NCBI GenBank assembly: GCA_965216315.1
Contig: CBDCFN010000016.1
Coordinates: 840,733-904,732, forward strand
Length of the DNA: 64,000 nt
Source: a bacterium
GTDB taxonomy: Bacteria; UBA10199; 2-02-FULL-50-16; JAJFLM01
Direction: 5' to 3'
The first letter of the stretch is position 1; each line of letters opens with the position of its first letter. A program made the position numbers and the translations under genes. Below are positions 41,961 through 51,665 of this stretch, one piece after another. The notes under the pieces were generated by a model. It was not told where the DNA came from and did not search any database. It saw only the letters and a program-made list of their open reading frames with translations.

Positions 41961-43184
41961 GTGATTAAATATTTACACTTTTGTAAAGCGATGACCCTTG
42001 AGGTCCTGAGAGGATCAAAGCGCTACTATGCATGGATGGGATTTCTCGCGGTGATCATCCTTATCGGGGTCGTGGGCTATATTCATCAGTTAAATGAGGG
42101 GCTTATTGTCACGAATATGACGGACCAGGTGTCATGGGGCGCCTATATTGCGAATTTTACCTATATCGTCGGGCTTGCTGCAGCCTCGGTCATGCTAGTA
42201 ATCCCGGCCTATTTTTATAAAATTAAAGAACTGATCCATATCACTTTTGTCGGTAAGTTGTTTGCGGTGGCTTCGATCATTATGTGCCTCTTGTTTGTTG
42301 TCGTTGATATGGGGCGCCCGGATCGTTTTTGGCACATTATGCCCTTTGTCGGCCGCATGAATTTTCCATATTCTATCCTTGCCTGGGACGTCATTGTATT
42401 GTCGGGTTATCTGTTGCTCAATCTGCATATTCCCGGGTATCTTTTATATAAGAAATATATTGGTCACCCCCCAACCGACAATTACTATAAACCCTTTGTT
42501 TATATTGCCGTCTTCTGGGCAATCAGCATTCACACCGTGACCGCCTTCTTATACGCCGGCCTGGGCGGACGGCCTTTTTGGAATTCTGCAATTGTGGCGC
42601 CCCGTTTTATTGCATCTGCCTTTGCGGTCGGGCCGTGTTTTCTGCTGATCGCGTTGCAGTTTATCAGACGATACACCCATCTTAAGGTGGAGAATTACAT
42701 CTACACCGTGCTTAAACGGATTATTGCGGTTGCGATGATTATCAATCTCTTTTTGCTTGGTTCGGAGGTCTTTAAGGAGTTTTATACGCAGTCGGCCCAT
42801 ACCGCAGCGGCGAAATATCTCTTTTTTGGGTTGCATGGGCACAACATGCTGGTTCCCTACATCTGGATTGCGGTGGTTTTTAATGTCATCGCGACAATCA
42901 TTTTTGCCAGTCGCAAACTGAGCCGCAAAATGAGACTCGTCAATGTCGCTTGCATTATGGCGATTGTGGGCATCTGGATTGAAAAGGGGATGGGTTTATT
43001 GGTTCCGGGCTTCATTCCCTCTCCGTTGGGCGATATTGTTGAGTACACCCCATCAATAACGGAGATTTCGGTGTGTGCCGGGATTTGGGCACTGGGGTTC
43101 TTCCTCTTTACGCTCTTCCTTAAGGCAGCGATCCCTATAGAAACGGGTGAGCTGCGGCTACATAAAAAAACGGCAACCCGGTGA
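41961..43184 (+). CDS. NrfD/PsrC-family membrane quinol dehydrogenase subunit
   Basis: VSWGAYIANFTY, DMGRPDRFWH, SIHTVTAF, PRFIASAF; polytopic. Confidence 0.92.
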   Translation: MIKYLHFCKAMTLEVLRGSKRYYAWMGFLAVIILIGVVGYIHQLNEGLIVTNMTDQVSWGAYIANFTYIVGLAAASVMLVIPAYFYKIKELIHITFVGKLFAVASIIMCLLFVVVDMGRPDRFWHIMPFVGRMNFPYSILAWDVIVLSGYLLLNLHIPGYLLYKKYIGHPPTDNYYKPFVYIAVFWAISIHTVTAFLYAGLGGRPFWNSAIVAPRFIASAFAVGPCFLLIALQFIRRYTHLKVENYIYTVLKRIIAVAMIINLFLLGSEVFKEFYTQSAHTAAAKYLFFGLHGHNMLVPYIWIAVVFNVIATIIFASRKLSRKMRLVNVACIMAIVGIWIEKGMGLLVPGFIPSPLGDIVEYTPSITEISVCAGIWALGFFLFTLFLKAAIPIETGELRLHKKTATR

Positions 43185-43200
43185 AGGGTTGCCGTTTTTT
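43165..43200. terminator. Bidirectional intrinsic terminator
   Basis: AAAAAACGGCAACCC-N6-GGGTTGCCGTTTTTT between convergent genes. Confidence 0.85.
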
Positions 43201-43220
43201 ATCTCTACGTTAAAGCGCGC

Positions 43221-44528
43221 TTAGAAGGAGAGGTTCGTCTGTAGGTAACCCCACAGCGGAACTTTCGAGCCCACGTTGGATTTGATAAATCCAGCGGGGA
43301 TGAAGGCGCCAGCCCCGAATTGAAAGGCCAAGATATCGAGCGGTTTATAACGAAGCGTAAGATCCGCTTCGACGCCCGCAAAACGCGAGCCCGAAGGCCC
43401 TGCGGCACCGATCGGAGTCACGCCGTTGAGCCGGAAGAGTCCCGCTGACGTCTTGGTCCGCATCATCATGTGCGTATCCAACTTGACCAGCCATTTTTCG
43501 CCTGGTTTCGCTGAAAGGTGGAGAACACCGCCCATGATGTTCCGGCGCCCGAAAAGGTCGATAAAGCCGAGCCATTTGTGGGCCGTCGGAAAGAGTTGGT
43601 TGTAATTGAGTGAGGTGACAAAGAACTCCAGGCCGACCCGGAAGTTGTACCAGTCTTCCCAGGTGTATCCGCCCTCGACATCAAATTGCCAGTCGCGTTG
43701 ATTGGCTCCAGCCAGTTTGCCGAACTGCCCGGTTCCTTCAAAACGATAGTCCCAGTTGTTGGGTTTCGATTTGATGCGGAGCCCCCCGGTCACGTAGTTG
43801 TGGGGTCGAGGCGATGCCGTCTGATCGAGGCGATATAAGGCATACAGATCTAAGGCTTGAAAGAAGCGTCCCAAATCCAACGATGAATAGACACCGCCGA
43901 AATGGGCGTCTCCGAAGGAGCCGGTTGCGACACCGCGGCCAAACCCTGCTTCGACGTCATTGAGCAAGGACCAAAATAAGTCGACCCAGCCACTGTCGTG
44001 TTTGAAGTTTAGTTTGAGGGCATCAAAACTGCGGCCGACGTTGCTCCAGCCGACGTTGCCGATGACAAGATGATCCCCATAGATGAGTTCTTGTCGTCCT
44101 AGTTTGAAAGTGAACCAGTCAGAGGGGCTATAAGCGAGCCAACCCTGGTGGACACCGAGTGCCGGATCGTTGAGGACCGTCCCGCTCGTTGCCGCCGCGC
44201 CGGTCGCATTGGCGGCCGAATTGACTGTCGACAAGCTTGCAGTTGTCTCTCCCCAGCCGGCGGTGAATTGAGGCTGAAAGAAGAGGACAATTTGCTCATG
44301 GGGGATGAAAGTAATGTCCGGGCGAATTCTCGTTAGAACAAAATCTCGGCGATCGGATGCCGAGGTAAAATCCGTATTTTGGAAATGTTCGTAACGGAAG
44401 CGTGCTTGCCCGCCGAACTTAAGTTTACCGTCAAGTAGCTCAAATTTCTCAGCCTGTGCGGTCGCCGGAAAGATAAAACCGACCGAGCACAGTGCGACGA
44501 GGAAGAGCTTCCAATAGTGCTGTTTCAT
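43221..44528 (-). CDS. Outer-membrane beta-barrel, alginate-export family
   Basis: Signal peptide, RFRYE, GRQELIYGD..VIGNVGWSNVGRSFD, LFPTAHKWLG, terminal Phe; AGGAGG RBS. Confidence 0.85.
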   Translation of the reverse strand: MKQHYWKLFLVALCSVGFIFPATAQAEKFELLDGKLKFGGQARFRYEHFQNTDFTSASDRRDFVLTRIRPDITFIPHEQIVLFFQPQFTAGWGETTASLSTVNSAANATGAAATSGTVLNDPALGVHQGWLAYSPSDWFTFKLGRQELIYGDHLVIGNVGWSNVGRSFDALKLNFKHDSGWVDLFWSLLNDVEAGFGRGVATGSFGDAHFGGVYSSLDLGRFFQALDLYALYRLDQTASPRPHNYVTGGLRIKSKPNNWDYRFEGTGQFGKLAGANQRDWQFDVEGGYTWEDWYNFRVGLEFFVTSLNYNQLFPTAHKWLGFIDLFGRRNIMGGVLHLSAKPGEKWLVKLDTHMMMRTKTSAGLFRLNGVTPIGAAGPSGSRFAGVEADLTLRYKPLDILAFQFGAGAFIPAGFIKSNVGSKVPLWGYLQTNLSF

Positions 44529-44584
44529 GGCAGAGCCTCCTTATGATTGTGGGCTTATACAATTCCATATAGCCAGACATGAAA

Positions 44585-44598
44585 ATGATGCTTATCAA
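44585..44598. promoter_or_regulatory. FNR/Crp-family-like box
   Basis: ATGAT-GCTT-ATCAA, one mismatch to TTGAT-N4-ATCAA, ~60 nt upstream of the porin gene. Confidence 0.5.
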
Positions 44599-44628
44599 GG
44601 CCCCATATGATCTTGAATAGGCCGATTA

Positions 44629-46371
44629 TCATAGGATTTTGCGTTTGAGGACGCGGCCAATGAGGCGGGCGCGATCACGCCAGGGAAACCGGAGGAAATT
44701 CGTCTTGATGACGCCACGTGAGAAATAAGTCGGTGCGGAGTAGTCGATACGTACATTCACCAGGACGGGTTTTCCCTGTTGACTGAGCCGTCTTGCGGCG
44801 GCGAGCCGATCAGCGATATCGCCGTCCGTTTCAATTTCGAGGTATTCGAGATGGAGTGCGGCACTGAAGGCCTTGAAATCGAGGCTGGGTAGACTGGTAC
44901 AGGTCTCGCGATTCAGCGAAGCTTTTTGAAATTGGGCGATTTGCGATAATTTCCCATCATTGAGAACGCAGATGACGGGGCCGATTCCATAGGTGGCGGC
45001 GGTCAGCAGCTCAAGTCCCGTCATCAAGAAGGCGCCATCACCGGCGAGGGCGACGACGGGGCGATCGGGGCTGGCTAATTTTGCACCGATGGCGGCGGGC
45101 ACACTGTAACCCATGCAGGAATAATCCGTTGGGGCCAGAAACGAGCGTGCTCGGGTTAAACGAAGCAGCTCCATGGCGAGAAATGTGCCGTTACCACTGT
45201 CAGCGACATAGAGACTCTCGGGGCCAAATTCTTTGTCCAGAGCGTCGAGTAATTTGACTGGAGACACGCGCCGATTGTGGCTGGTTGCCCCTGCTTGTTC
45301 GTTTTTAACCGCTTCATGGGCTGCGCGTAAGGTCTTTAATCGGTTTTCGTTGCGTGGTTTGGCTTTAAGTTCCGTAGTGGTGAGTAGGGACGATAATGCT
45401 TCCGTGGCTTCACTCGTCCATGTGACTTCGGCCGGATAGTTCTTGTTAAAGACCTCCGGGTTGATGTCGATATGAAGCAGTCGTGATGGTGGTTTGAAAC
45501 CGTAGCTGGCGGTCGCTACCTCGCCAAAGCGACAACCAATAGCCAAGAGGCAATCAAAATTTTTCTCGAGCTGGCGGATTGGCGTTGGAGCGGCGGCTCC
45601 CATCGTATTCCAGGCCCAGCGTGGATGATCCTCGGGAAAAACACCTTTGGCGGAGATGGTCGTAAAAACGATCGCGTCAAGGCGGTCCGCCAGTTCGATG
45701 AGTTGAACGCGAGCCTGCTGGGTTCCGATGCCGGCATAGATAGCGATAGATTGAGATTCGTTAAGAGCCTGAACGATGGCATGAAGGTTGTGTTCGGAAG
45801 GGCTTGTTTTATAGGTTTCGATTGTTGAATCTTCATCATATTGTAACGCTTGTTCGTCAATGCCACCGATAAATAGGTAGAGATTGGCTGGGATTTCTAT
45901 CATGACGGGTCCTGCTGGCGCCAAGCGCGCGAGTGTGCAGGCTTCGCGAATCAGCCGATATAATTCCTGATGGGTATGGGCTTTAAAGACTTTTTTGCAA
46001 ACCGGTGTAGCGATAGCGCATTGGTCAACGTCATGAAGTTGAAAGGCTGCACCTGTATCTTCACGAAGGCCACAGGAGAGCACGAGCATGGGGGTTTGAT
46101 CGAGAAAGGCCTCGGCGATGCCGGAGAGGGCATGCGTGAGGCCGGCTCCCGGTACCAAGTTGAGGGCGGCCAGTTCCCCTGACGCGCGAGCGACGCCGTC
46201 GGCCATAAAGGAGGCGCATTGTTCATCGGTGACGAGTATGGGTTGGAGCCGGTCCGATTCGATCATCGCATCATAAAGTTCGATGTTGTGAGTTCCCGGA
46301 ATTCCAAAGGTGAAGCGAACTCCTGCGTCTTCCAAGGAGCGACAGACGATTCGGGCGCCGCTCATTTTCAT
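44629..46371 (-). CDS. Thiamine-pyrophosphate-dependent enzyme (acetolactate synthase-like)
   Basis: FGIPGTHN, MGYSVPAAIGA, GDGAFLM...LND. Confidence 0.9.
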   Translation of the reverse strand: MKMSGARIVCRSLEDAGVRFTFGIPGTHNIELYDAMIESDRLQPILVTDEQCASFMADGVARASGELAALNLVPGAGLTHALSGIAEAFLDQTPMLVLSCGLREDTGAAFQLHDVDQCAIATPVCKKVFKAHTHQELYRLIREACTLARLAPAGPVMIEIPANLYLFIGGIDEQALQYDEDSTIETYKTSPSEHNLHAIVQALNESQSIAIYAGIGTQQARVQLIELADRLDAIVFTTISAKGVFPEDHPRWAWNTMGAAAPTPIRQLEKNFDCLLAIGCRFGEVATASYGFKPPSRLLHIDINPEVFNKNYPAEVTWTSEATEALSSLLTTTELKAKPRNENRLKTLRAAHEAVKNEQAGATSHNRRVSPVKLLDALDKEFGPESLYVADSGNGTFLAMELLRLTRARSFLAPTDYSCMGYSVPAAIGAKLASPDRPVVALAGDGAFLMTGLELLTAATYGIGPVICVLNDGKLSQIAQFQKASLNRETCTSLPSLDFKAFSAALHLEYLEIETDGDIADRLAAARRLSQQGKPVLVNVRIDYSAPTYFSRGVIKTNFLRFPWRDRARLIGRVLKRKIL

Positions 46372-47873
46372 GTACAGCCTCCAAGGTCGCGACGGATTCC
46401 TTCGGCGACACGATCAGCCAACGCCATGACAGTCAGGTAGGGATTGACTTCGGCAGCGGCAGGAAAGAGGCTGGCATCCGCCACGTAGATATCGTTATGG
46501 CCGTGGAGCTTCCCCCAGGGATTGGTGACGGAGCTTTGTTTGTCTTCGCCCATGCGACATCCCCCCATGAGATGGCCAGCAGAAATGGAAGCTTGCCCCA
46601 ATTTGAATAGCTTGCTTTGAATGAGCTTGTCCACCTCATTGGCCTGGGTGGAGCGAATAAAGAATGGATCCATCGCCGGGGTGTGGACCTCTTCGGCTCC
46701 CGCAGCAAACAAGATCCGGGCTCCGGCGCGGCAGCCTTGTGTGAGGGCCTCAATGGTTTTTTTGCTGAAGCGGTAGTTTACCTGGGGATTGCCGTTTTGA
46801 TCAAAACCGATGTGGTTATGTTCCTCGGCTTCATCAATCGCGAGCAAGAGGATCATTTGGAGGCTGTCAAAGTGGTCCGTATATTCGTCGAGTTCATGAC
46901 CATAGGCGGCAACGCTTTTGGCGAAGGTGAAAGGGAAGTACATGCAAGTTTCCAACAAGAAGCGGTTTGAGTCGACAAAGTCATCGCAATAATAGCTCTT
47001 GGGGTGGCCGGCCGTGTTTTTGATCGCACGCGGGTGGCGTCCAGCCAGCATAAGAGCCGGGTGACAAGTGAAGAAATGTCCCAGCGCCGGAGATAAGTCG
47101 GAGCCATAAGAGCGGTGCAGTATAGCGGGTGAATGAATGGCTCCCGCTGCAACGACAATTTTATGGGCGTGAATGCGATAAGCGCCGGGGGCTAACGGAG
47201 AGGCATCGAGTCCGTGTTCGGGCGGAACGACTTCGGCGATGACGTCGTGATCGTCGATTTTGCGAACGCGGCAGAAGGGAATGACCTCAACGCCTAGCTC
47301 TTCCGCGCGGGGAATCTGGACAACGGCTGTTCCCTGTTTCGCGTGGACGGCACACCCAAGATTGCAAGTTCCGAGTCCCTGACAGTCTCTGACATTAACC
47401 GGGAACTGTTGGGCGTTCCACTTGAGCTGTTCACAGCCTTTAACAAAGAGACGATTATTGTCGTTGATTTCATCCGGCGGAAGTAAATGTACGTTGTTTT
47501 CTTCACGGTATTTTTGAGTCCGTGGTTCCATGTCCGCGTTGTCAACGCCGGGGATGTTCCATTTTCGAAGCACGGTGTCGGGGATGCCGAGACTTGTTCC
47601 CGTGTAGACAGTGGTTGAGCCGCCGACGGCATGTGCAAGTGCCATTGTCATGTCCTGGCTCGTCGTTGGATAGGCACCCTTGTGAAAATAATACTTTTCG
47701 GCCATTTCTAATTCACGACGTGTATTGTCTTGAGGGCGAAATCGTCCTCCCCATTCGAGCAAGGCGATTCGGGTTCCCTGCTGACACAAAGGAGCGAGTT
47801 CCTTGGCGACAGTCCCGCCACCGGCTCCGGAGCCGATGATCACAATGTCGTATTGAAGGCTTTGTTCAGTCAT
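46368..47873 (-). CDS. GMC-family FAD oxidoreductase
   Basis: GSGAGG, CQGLGTCNLGC, HLMGGCRMG, VADASLFP...VNPYLT. Confidence 0.9.
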   Translation of the reverse strand: MTEQSLQYDIVIIGSGAGGGTVAKELAPLCQQGTRIALLEWGGRFRPQDNTRRELEMAEKYYFHKGAYPTTSQDMTMALAHAVGGSTTVYTGTSLGIPDTVLRKWNIPGVDNADMEPRTQKYREENNVHLLPPDEINDNNRLFVKGCEQLKWNAQQFPVNVRDCQGLGTCNLGCAVHAKQGTAVVQIPRAEELGVEVIPFCRVRKIDDHDVIAEVVPPEHGLDASPLAPGAYRIHAHKIVVAAGAIHSPAILHRSYGSDLSPALGHFFTCHPALMLAGRHPRAIKNTAGHPKSYYCDDFVDSNRFLLETCMYFPFTFAKSVAAYGHELDEYTDHFDSLQMILLLAIDEAEEHNHIGFDQNGNPQVNYRFSKKTIEALTQGCRAGARILFAAGAEEVHTPAMDPFFIRSTQANEVDKLIQSKLFKLGQASISAGHLMGGCRMGEDKQSSVTNPWGKLHGHNDIYVADASLFPAAAEVNPYLTVMALADRVAEGIRRDLGGCT

Positions 47874-48268
47874 TTTATGGGAGGGATAAGATAATGAAGG
47901 TCCGCATAGACCGAACTCTGGCCATAAACCCCTAGCTTGGCGAGAGTGCTGAGCCCCCAGAACCCCTTGCGCATCAGACCGATTGGCGAATTGTAAAATT
48001 GATGGAGCAGGGCCTCCTGTCGTGCGGGATTAAGACCCTTAAAGAGGTGGCCGGTCATGCATAATGACCAGATATCGACAATAGTGAAAAAAAGGCTTAG
48101 TTTTTTCAGTTGTTGTGGTGGCTGTGAACGGAGAATGCGGTTGATGAGCTCAAGTGATTGTTTTCGCTGAGCGGCGGTAAAGTGCCGAGCTCGCGGAACG
48201 AGGCAGGCCTGCAGTGCTTCAAAACGTCGGGCGCGCTTTCCCTGTAAAAAGGGAGGTTTTGTTGCCAC
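47870..48268 (-). CDS. Small GMC-partner protein (gluconate-2-dehydrogenase subunit-3-like)
   Basis: Overlaps the GMC start; resembles the N-terminal domain of the GMC at 53066. Confidence 0.6.
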   Translation of the reverse strand: MATKPPFLQGKRARRFEALQACLVPRARHFTAAQRKQSLELINRILRSQPPQQLKKLSLFFTIVDIWSLCMTGHLFKGLNPARQEALLHQFYNSPIGLMRKGFWGLSTLAKLGVYGQSSVYADLHYLIPPIK

Positions 48269-48299
48269 GCTCGGGCCTTAGCCTGCCGGTTGTTCCGTG

Positions 48300-48920
48300 T
48301 CAATTCGAATGATAGCGATAGTGGCCTGTTATCGGATAGGTGAAGAGGATATCTTCTATTTGCGGGCCTTTCCCAATGTTGTGGACGATCAGTGGACGTT
48401 TGCCATCCGCAGAGTAGCGGTCGATGACGAGACCAATATGAGGAAGGTTGCCGGGAATCGTCCAGGTGACTAGGTCCCCCGGCCGGTACGTCTCAGGTTT
48501 TTGGTTTGCCAGCAATTTTTGCCCCTTGCGACTGAAGAAGACCTGGAGGTTGGGAACGCGACGATGATCGATATTGGTATCCGGTTGTCGCAGTCCCCAC
48601 TTCTTCGGATAGAGGGCAAAATGAGCTTTCATGTCTTGATGGACTTCTTTCTGCAGGTCAATGCCGACAGCCCGGTAAGCGCGGACAATGACATCCGTAC
48701 AGACCCCGATGTTGTCCGGGACATCGCCTCCCGGATAGGGGATTTTCCGGTAACTACCGTCATAGCGCACCTGATGCTGGGTTCGTTCCGTTGCCGCGGT
48801 GATCAACTGACGCACGAAGTCGTTTGTCGGGGCAGCCGTCACTTGCGCCCCGATGGGGGCGGCCACCGCCATTATAAAGAGGAGAATCGTCGAGACCTGA
48901 TTTTTTATGAGCCAACGCAT
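48300..48920 (-). CDS. DUF1287 family protein
   Basis: YPGGDVP..GVCTDVIVRAYR, DTNIDHRRVPNL, PHIG, HNIG; signal peptide. Confidence 0.9.
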   Translation of the reverse strand: MRWLIKNQVSTILLFIMAVAAPIGAQVTAAPTNDFVRQLITAATERTQHQVRYDGSYRKIPYPGGDVPDNIGVCTDVIVRAYRAVGIDLQKEVHQDMKAHFALYPKKWGLRQPDTNIDHRRVPNLQVFFSRKGQKLLANQKPETYRPGDLVTWTIPGNLPHIGLVIDRYSADGKRPLIVHNIGKGPQIEDILFTYPITGHYRYHSN

Positions 48921-48997
48921 GAGAGTTGTCAGATAACATATCGAAATATATTAATATTTCAATAATATTTAGTAGTCATTATAATAGGAGGAAAGGG

Positions 48998-49022
48998 CAA
49001 CTTTTGAGGGGGCAGACCGAAG
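48998..49022 (+). promoter_or_regulatory. Variant sigma-28-like motif CAAC-N15-CCGAAG
   Basis: Same -35 and spacing, weaker -10. Confidence 0.4.
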
Positions 49023-49087
49023 AATTGCGTAGGAAATGAGTATTTGACCGTTTGGGGTCGCAAGGGTAGAGAGAGTCTTCAGCTGAT

Positions 49088-49741
49088 ATGATTTCAAAGC
49101 TCAAAGAACCAGTGAATGGCCTGACTCACTTGGCAGGTCTTTTCTTGGCAATCGCGGGTTTCTGCCTCTTGCTGATCGCTGCGGCAGAATACGGGACGAA
49201 GTGGCATCTGATCGCATTTGCGGTCTTCGGGACGAGTCTTATCCTCATGTACACATCGAGTTCACTCTATCATCTTCTGCCGCTCTCCGAGCGCGGGACG
49301 CGCATGCTCAAGCGGGTTGACCATATGATGATTTTTATTTTGATCGCAGGGACGTATACACCGATTTGCTTGGTTCCCTTGCGTGGCGTCTGGGGCTGGA
49401 CGCTTTTCGGGGTCGTTTGGGGGATGGCTGTGCTCGGGTTTGTGATTAAGCTGTTTTGGATCCACGCCCCACGTTGGTTTTCAACCGCCATCTATTTGGC
49501 CATGGGGTGGGTTTGCGTCTTGGCAATTTATCCCATGGTTGAAAAGCTTCCCATCGGTGCGCTGGCATGGCTTGCCGCGGGTGGGCTCATTTATAGTGTG
49601 GGGGCTATCATTTACGGAACAAAGTGGCCCGATCCTTTTCCGAAGGTCTTCGGCTTTCATGAGATTTGGCATTTATTTGTTCTCGGTGGCAGTTTTTGTC
49701 ATTTTTGGCTGATGTACTCATACGTGACTTATATAGGATAA
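49088..49741 (+). CDS. Hemolysin III / PAQR family membrane protein
   Basis: EPVNGLTH, SSLYH, DHMMIFILIAGTYTP, HEIWHLFV. Confidence 0.93.
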   Translation: MISKLKEPVNGLTHLAGLFLAIAGFCLLLIAAAEYGTKWHLIAFAVFGTSLILMYTSSSLYHLLPLSERGTRMLKRVDHMMIFILIAGTYTPICLVPLRGVWGWTLFGVVWGMAVLGFVIKLFWIHAPRWFSTAIYLAMGWVCVLAIYPMVEKLPIGALAWLAAGGLIYSVGAIIYGTKWPDPFPKVFGFHEIWHLFVLGGSFCHFWLMYSYVTYIG

Positions 49742-49746
49742 CAATA

Positions 49747-50802
49747 ATGGCACAGGCACAGACGATACCCGCAGATTTTCTTGAAATGAATGACTTGATG
49801 CAGGTCTTCTTGGAACGGGTGCAGGCCGATATGGCGGCATTGAGTGAAAGTTCCGCGGAGGCCTTCCAAGGGCTTAAGGAAAACGTGCTTAAGTCGTGGG
49901 AAAAACTTCCTACAGTGATCAATGATTATAAGCGGTCGATGCAAAACATGCCGTGGGAACTGCGACAACGTCGTTTTATCAAGGGGCTTTCCAAAGATAT
50001 TGAAGCCTTTGAGCAGGATGTCAGGCGTTATGTCGCTGAATTAAAGGAAGCAAAGCTAGCGGATGTCTACCGCAAAGCTCTGTACTCGCGGACACGACGC
50101 CTGGCTGAACGCATTGCTGAGTTGGAAAATCACAACCTGTTTCAAAAGTTCTTAAAGGGCGAAGTGATTCTGGCCAGTAAGAAATCCATTCAGTGGGGCC
50201 GCAAGTTTGCGCATGCGGCCTTGGGGATGGCGTTTCTCTATATTTTTATCTATTCGGGATTTCCGCAAACAGTTATCTGGTCGATAGCGGGTGCTTATTT
50301 GATTTGGTCCTTTTCGCTGGAGACGGCACGTCACATGAACCCTCGGATCAATGAGTGGGTGTGTAAGGCCTTTCGACCGATAATGCGAGAACGCGAGAAG
50401 ACGCGGGTTAACTCGGCCATCTTCTACAGTATCTCGATGGCGATTGTGTATTTCGGTTTTCCGACCGAAGTGACCGTGTTGACGATGCTGTTTATTGCAT
50501 TGGGCGACCCCGCCGCGGGTATTGTCGGTATCTACTGGGGGCGGAAAAAACTGACGCAGCATTCAAGTCTCGAAGGCTCCTTGGCATGCTTTGCTGTTTG
50601 CGCCCTTTCGGCCGCTATCTGTGGGGCTTTTCTTTTTGAGGTGTCACTCGGCTTTTTTCCGCTCGTTCTTTTCGCCGGGCTCTGTGGGCTCGTTGGGGCG
50701 GTCGCGGAGACCTCCTTTAAAAAATTCGATGATAATCTTGTCATGCCGCTCCTATCGGCGCCGGCCCTCTGGGTGTTGATGCAGGTTTTCGGTATTATCT
50801 AG
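49747..50802 (+). CDS. Phytol/dolichol (polyprenol) kinase-family membrane protein with soluble N-terminal extension
   Basis: RKFAH, LGDPAAGIVG..WGR, SLEGSLA, DDNLVMP. Confidence 0.8.
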   Translation: MAQAQTIPADFLEMNDLMQVFLERVQADMAALSESSAEAFQGLKENVLKSWEKLPTVINDYKRSMQNMPWELRQRRFIKGLSKDIEAFEQDVRRYVAELKEAKLADVYRKALYSRTRRLAERIAELENHNLFQKFLKGEVILASKKSIQWGRKFAHAALGMAFLYIFIYSGFPQTVIWSIAGAYLIWSFSLETARHMNPRINEWVCKAFRPIMREREKTRVNSAIFYSISMAIVYFGFPTEVTVLTMLFIALGDPAAGIVGIYWGRKKLTQHSSLEGSLACFAVCALSAAICGAFLFEVSLGFFPLVLFAGLCGLVGAVAETSFKKFDDNLVMPLLSAPALWVLMQVFGII

Positions 50803-50813
50803 CCGTAATCGAA

Positions 50814-51587
50814 CTAGGTATCGAGATGACGGAAGCGCGCCGCTCTTTTCTCAAGAAATGCGGCCATGCCTTCGCGTAATTCAGGACTGCCGTAGCAGGG
50901 ATAGAGCGCATCAAGGCCTCGTTCCCAGAGTTCCCAGGGGATTGATTCTTCAAGCGCGCGTCGAGAGAGACGCAACGACTGGGGGCTCTTGTCGAGGATT
51001 TCCTGACAGACTTTGGCGACCTCAGTGTCGAGGGATTCCGGTGTTGTCACTCCATTAATTAAGCCCATCGCGACTGCGTCTTCTGCCGTGTATTGGCGAC
51101 ACAGGTAAATGATCTCGCGTGCCCGTTTTTGGCCGACGACTTGCGGAAGGATCTGCGTCGCTCCCCAGAGCGGGACGCTGCCGACTTTCGGTCCGGTCTG
51201 GCCGAAACGAGCCGTCGTATCGGCATAAGTCAGATCACACATGAGATGGATCTCGTGGCCGCCACCGAGGCAATAACCACGGACTTTAGCGATGATCGGT
51301 TTATCAAGTTCTCTCATGGCGCGAGCAAAACGGCGGAGTACTTCAATAAAGGCCTGTCCCGATTGTTGATCGAGATCCTTCATTTCGCTGATGTCGCCCC
51401 CGACGCAGAAGGCCTTGTCTCCCGCGGCAGTGAGAACAACGACGCCGAGGCTCGAGTCTTTGGCGATGTCTTCCAGTGCCTCGCTGGCTTCAACTAAGGT
51501 CTGAGTGCGAAAGGCATTCAGTTTGTCAGGGCGGTTCAAAGTTAGGGTGGCAATGCCGTTTTGTTTATTGATGATGATATCGGTCAT
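50814..51587 (-). CDS. Crotonase-family enzyme, MenB/BadI-like
   Basis: LNRPDKLNAF, AFCVGGD, GGGHEIH, FGQTGPKVGS, KRAREI. Confidence 0.82.
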   Translation of the reverse strand: MTDIIINKQNGIATLTLNRPDKLNAFRTQTLVEASEALEDIAKDSSLGVVVLTAAGDKAFCVGGDISEMKDLDQQSGQAFIEVLRRFARAMRELDKPIIAKVRGYCLGGGHEIHLMCDLTYADTTARFGQTGPKVGSVPLWGATQILPQVVGQKRAREIIYLCRQYTAEDAVAMGLINGVTTPESLDTEVAKVCQEILDKSPQSLRLSRRALEESIPWELWERGLDALYPCYGSPELREGMAAFLEKRAARFRHLDT

Positions 51588-51665
51588 GCTGGTAACAAAC
51601 GATCTTGGCGTCAATATGTCAATGGTTGCCTTGTGGGGCGCATTCTGGCATCTTAAGTCCTATCC

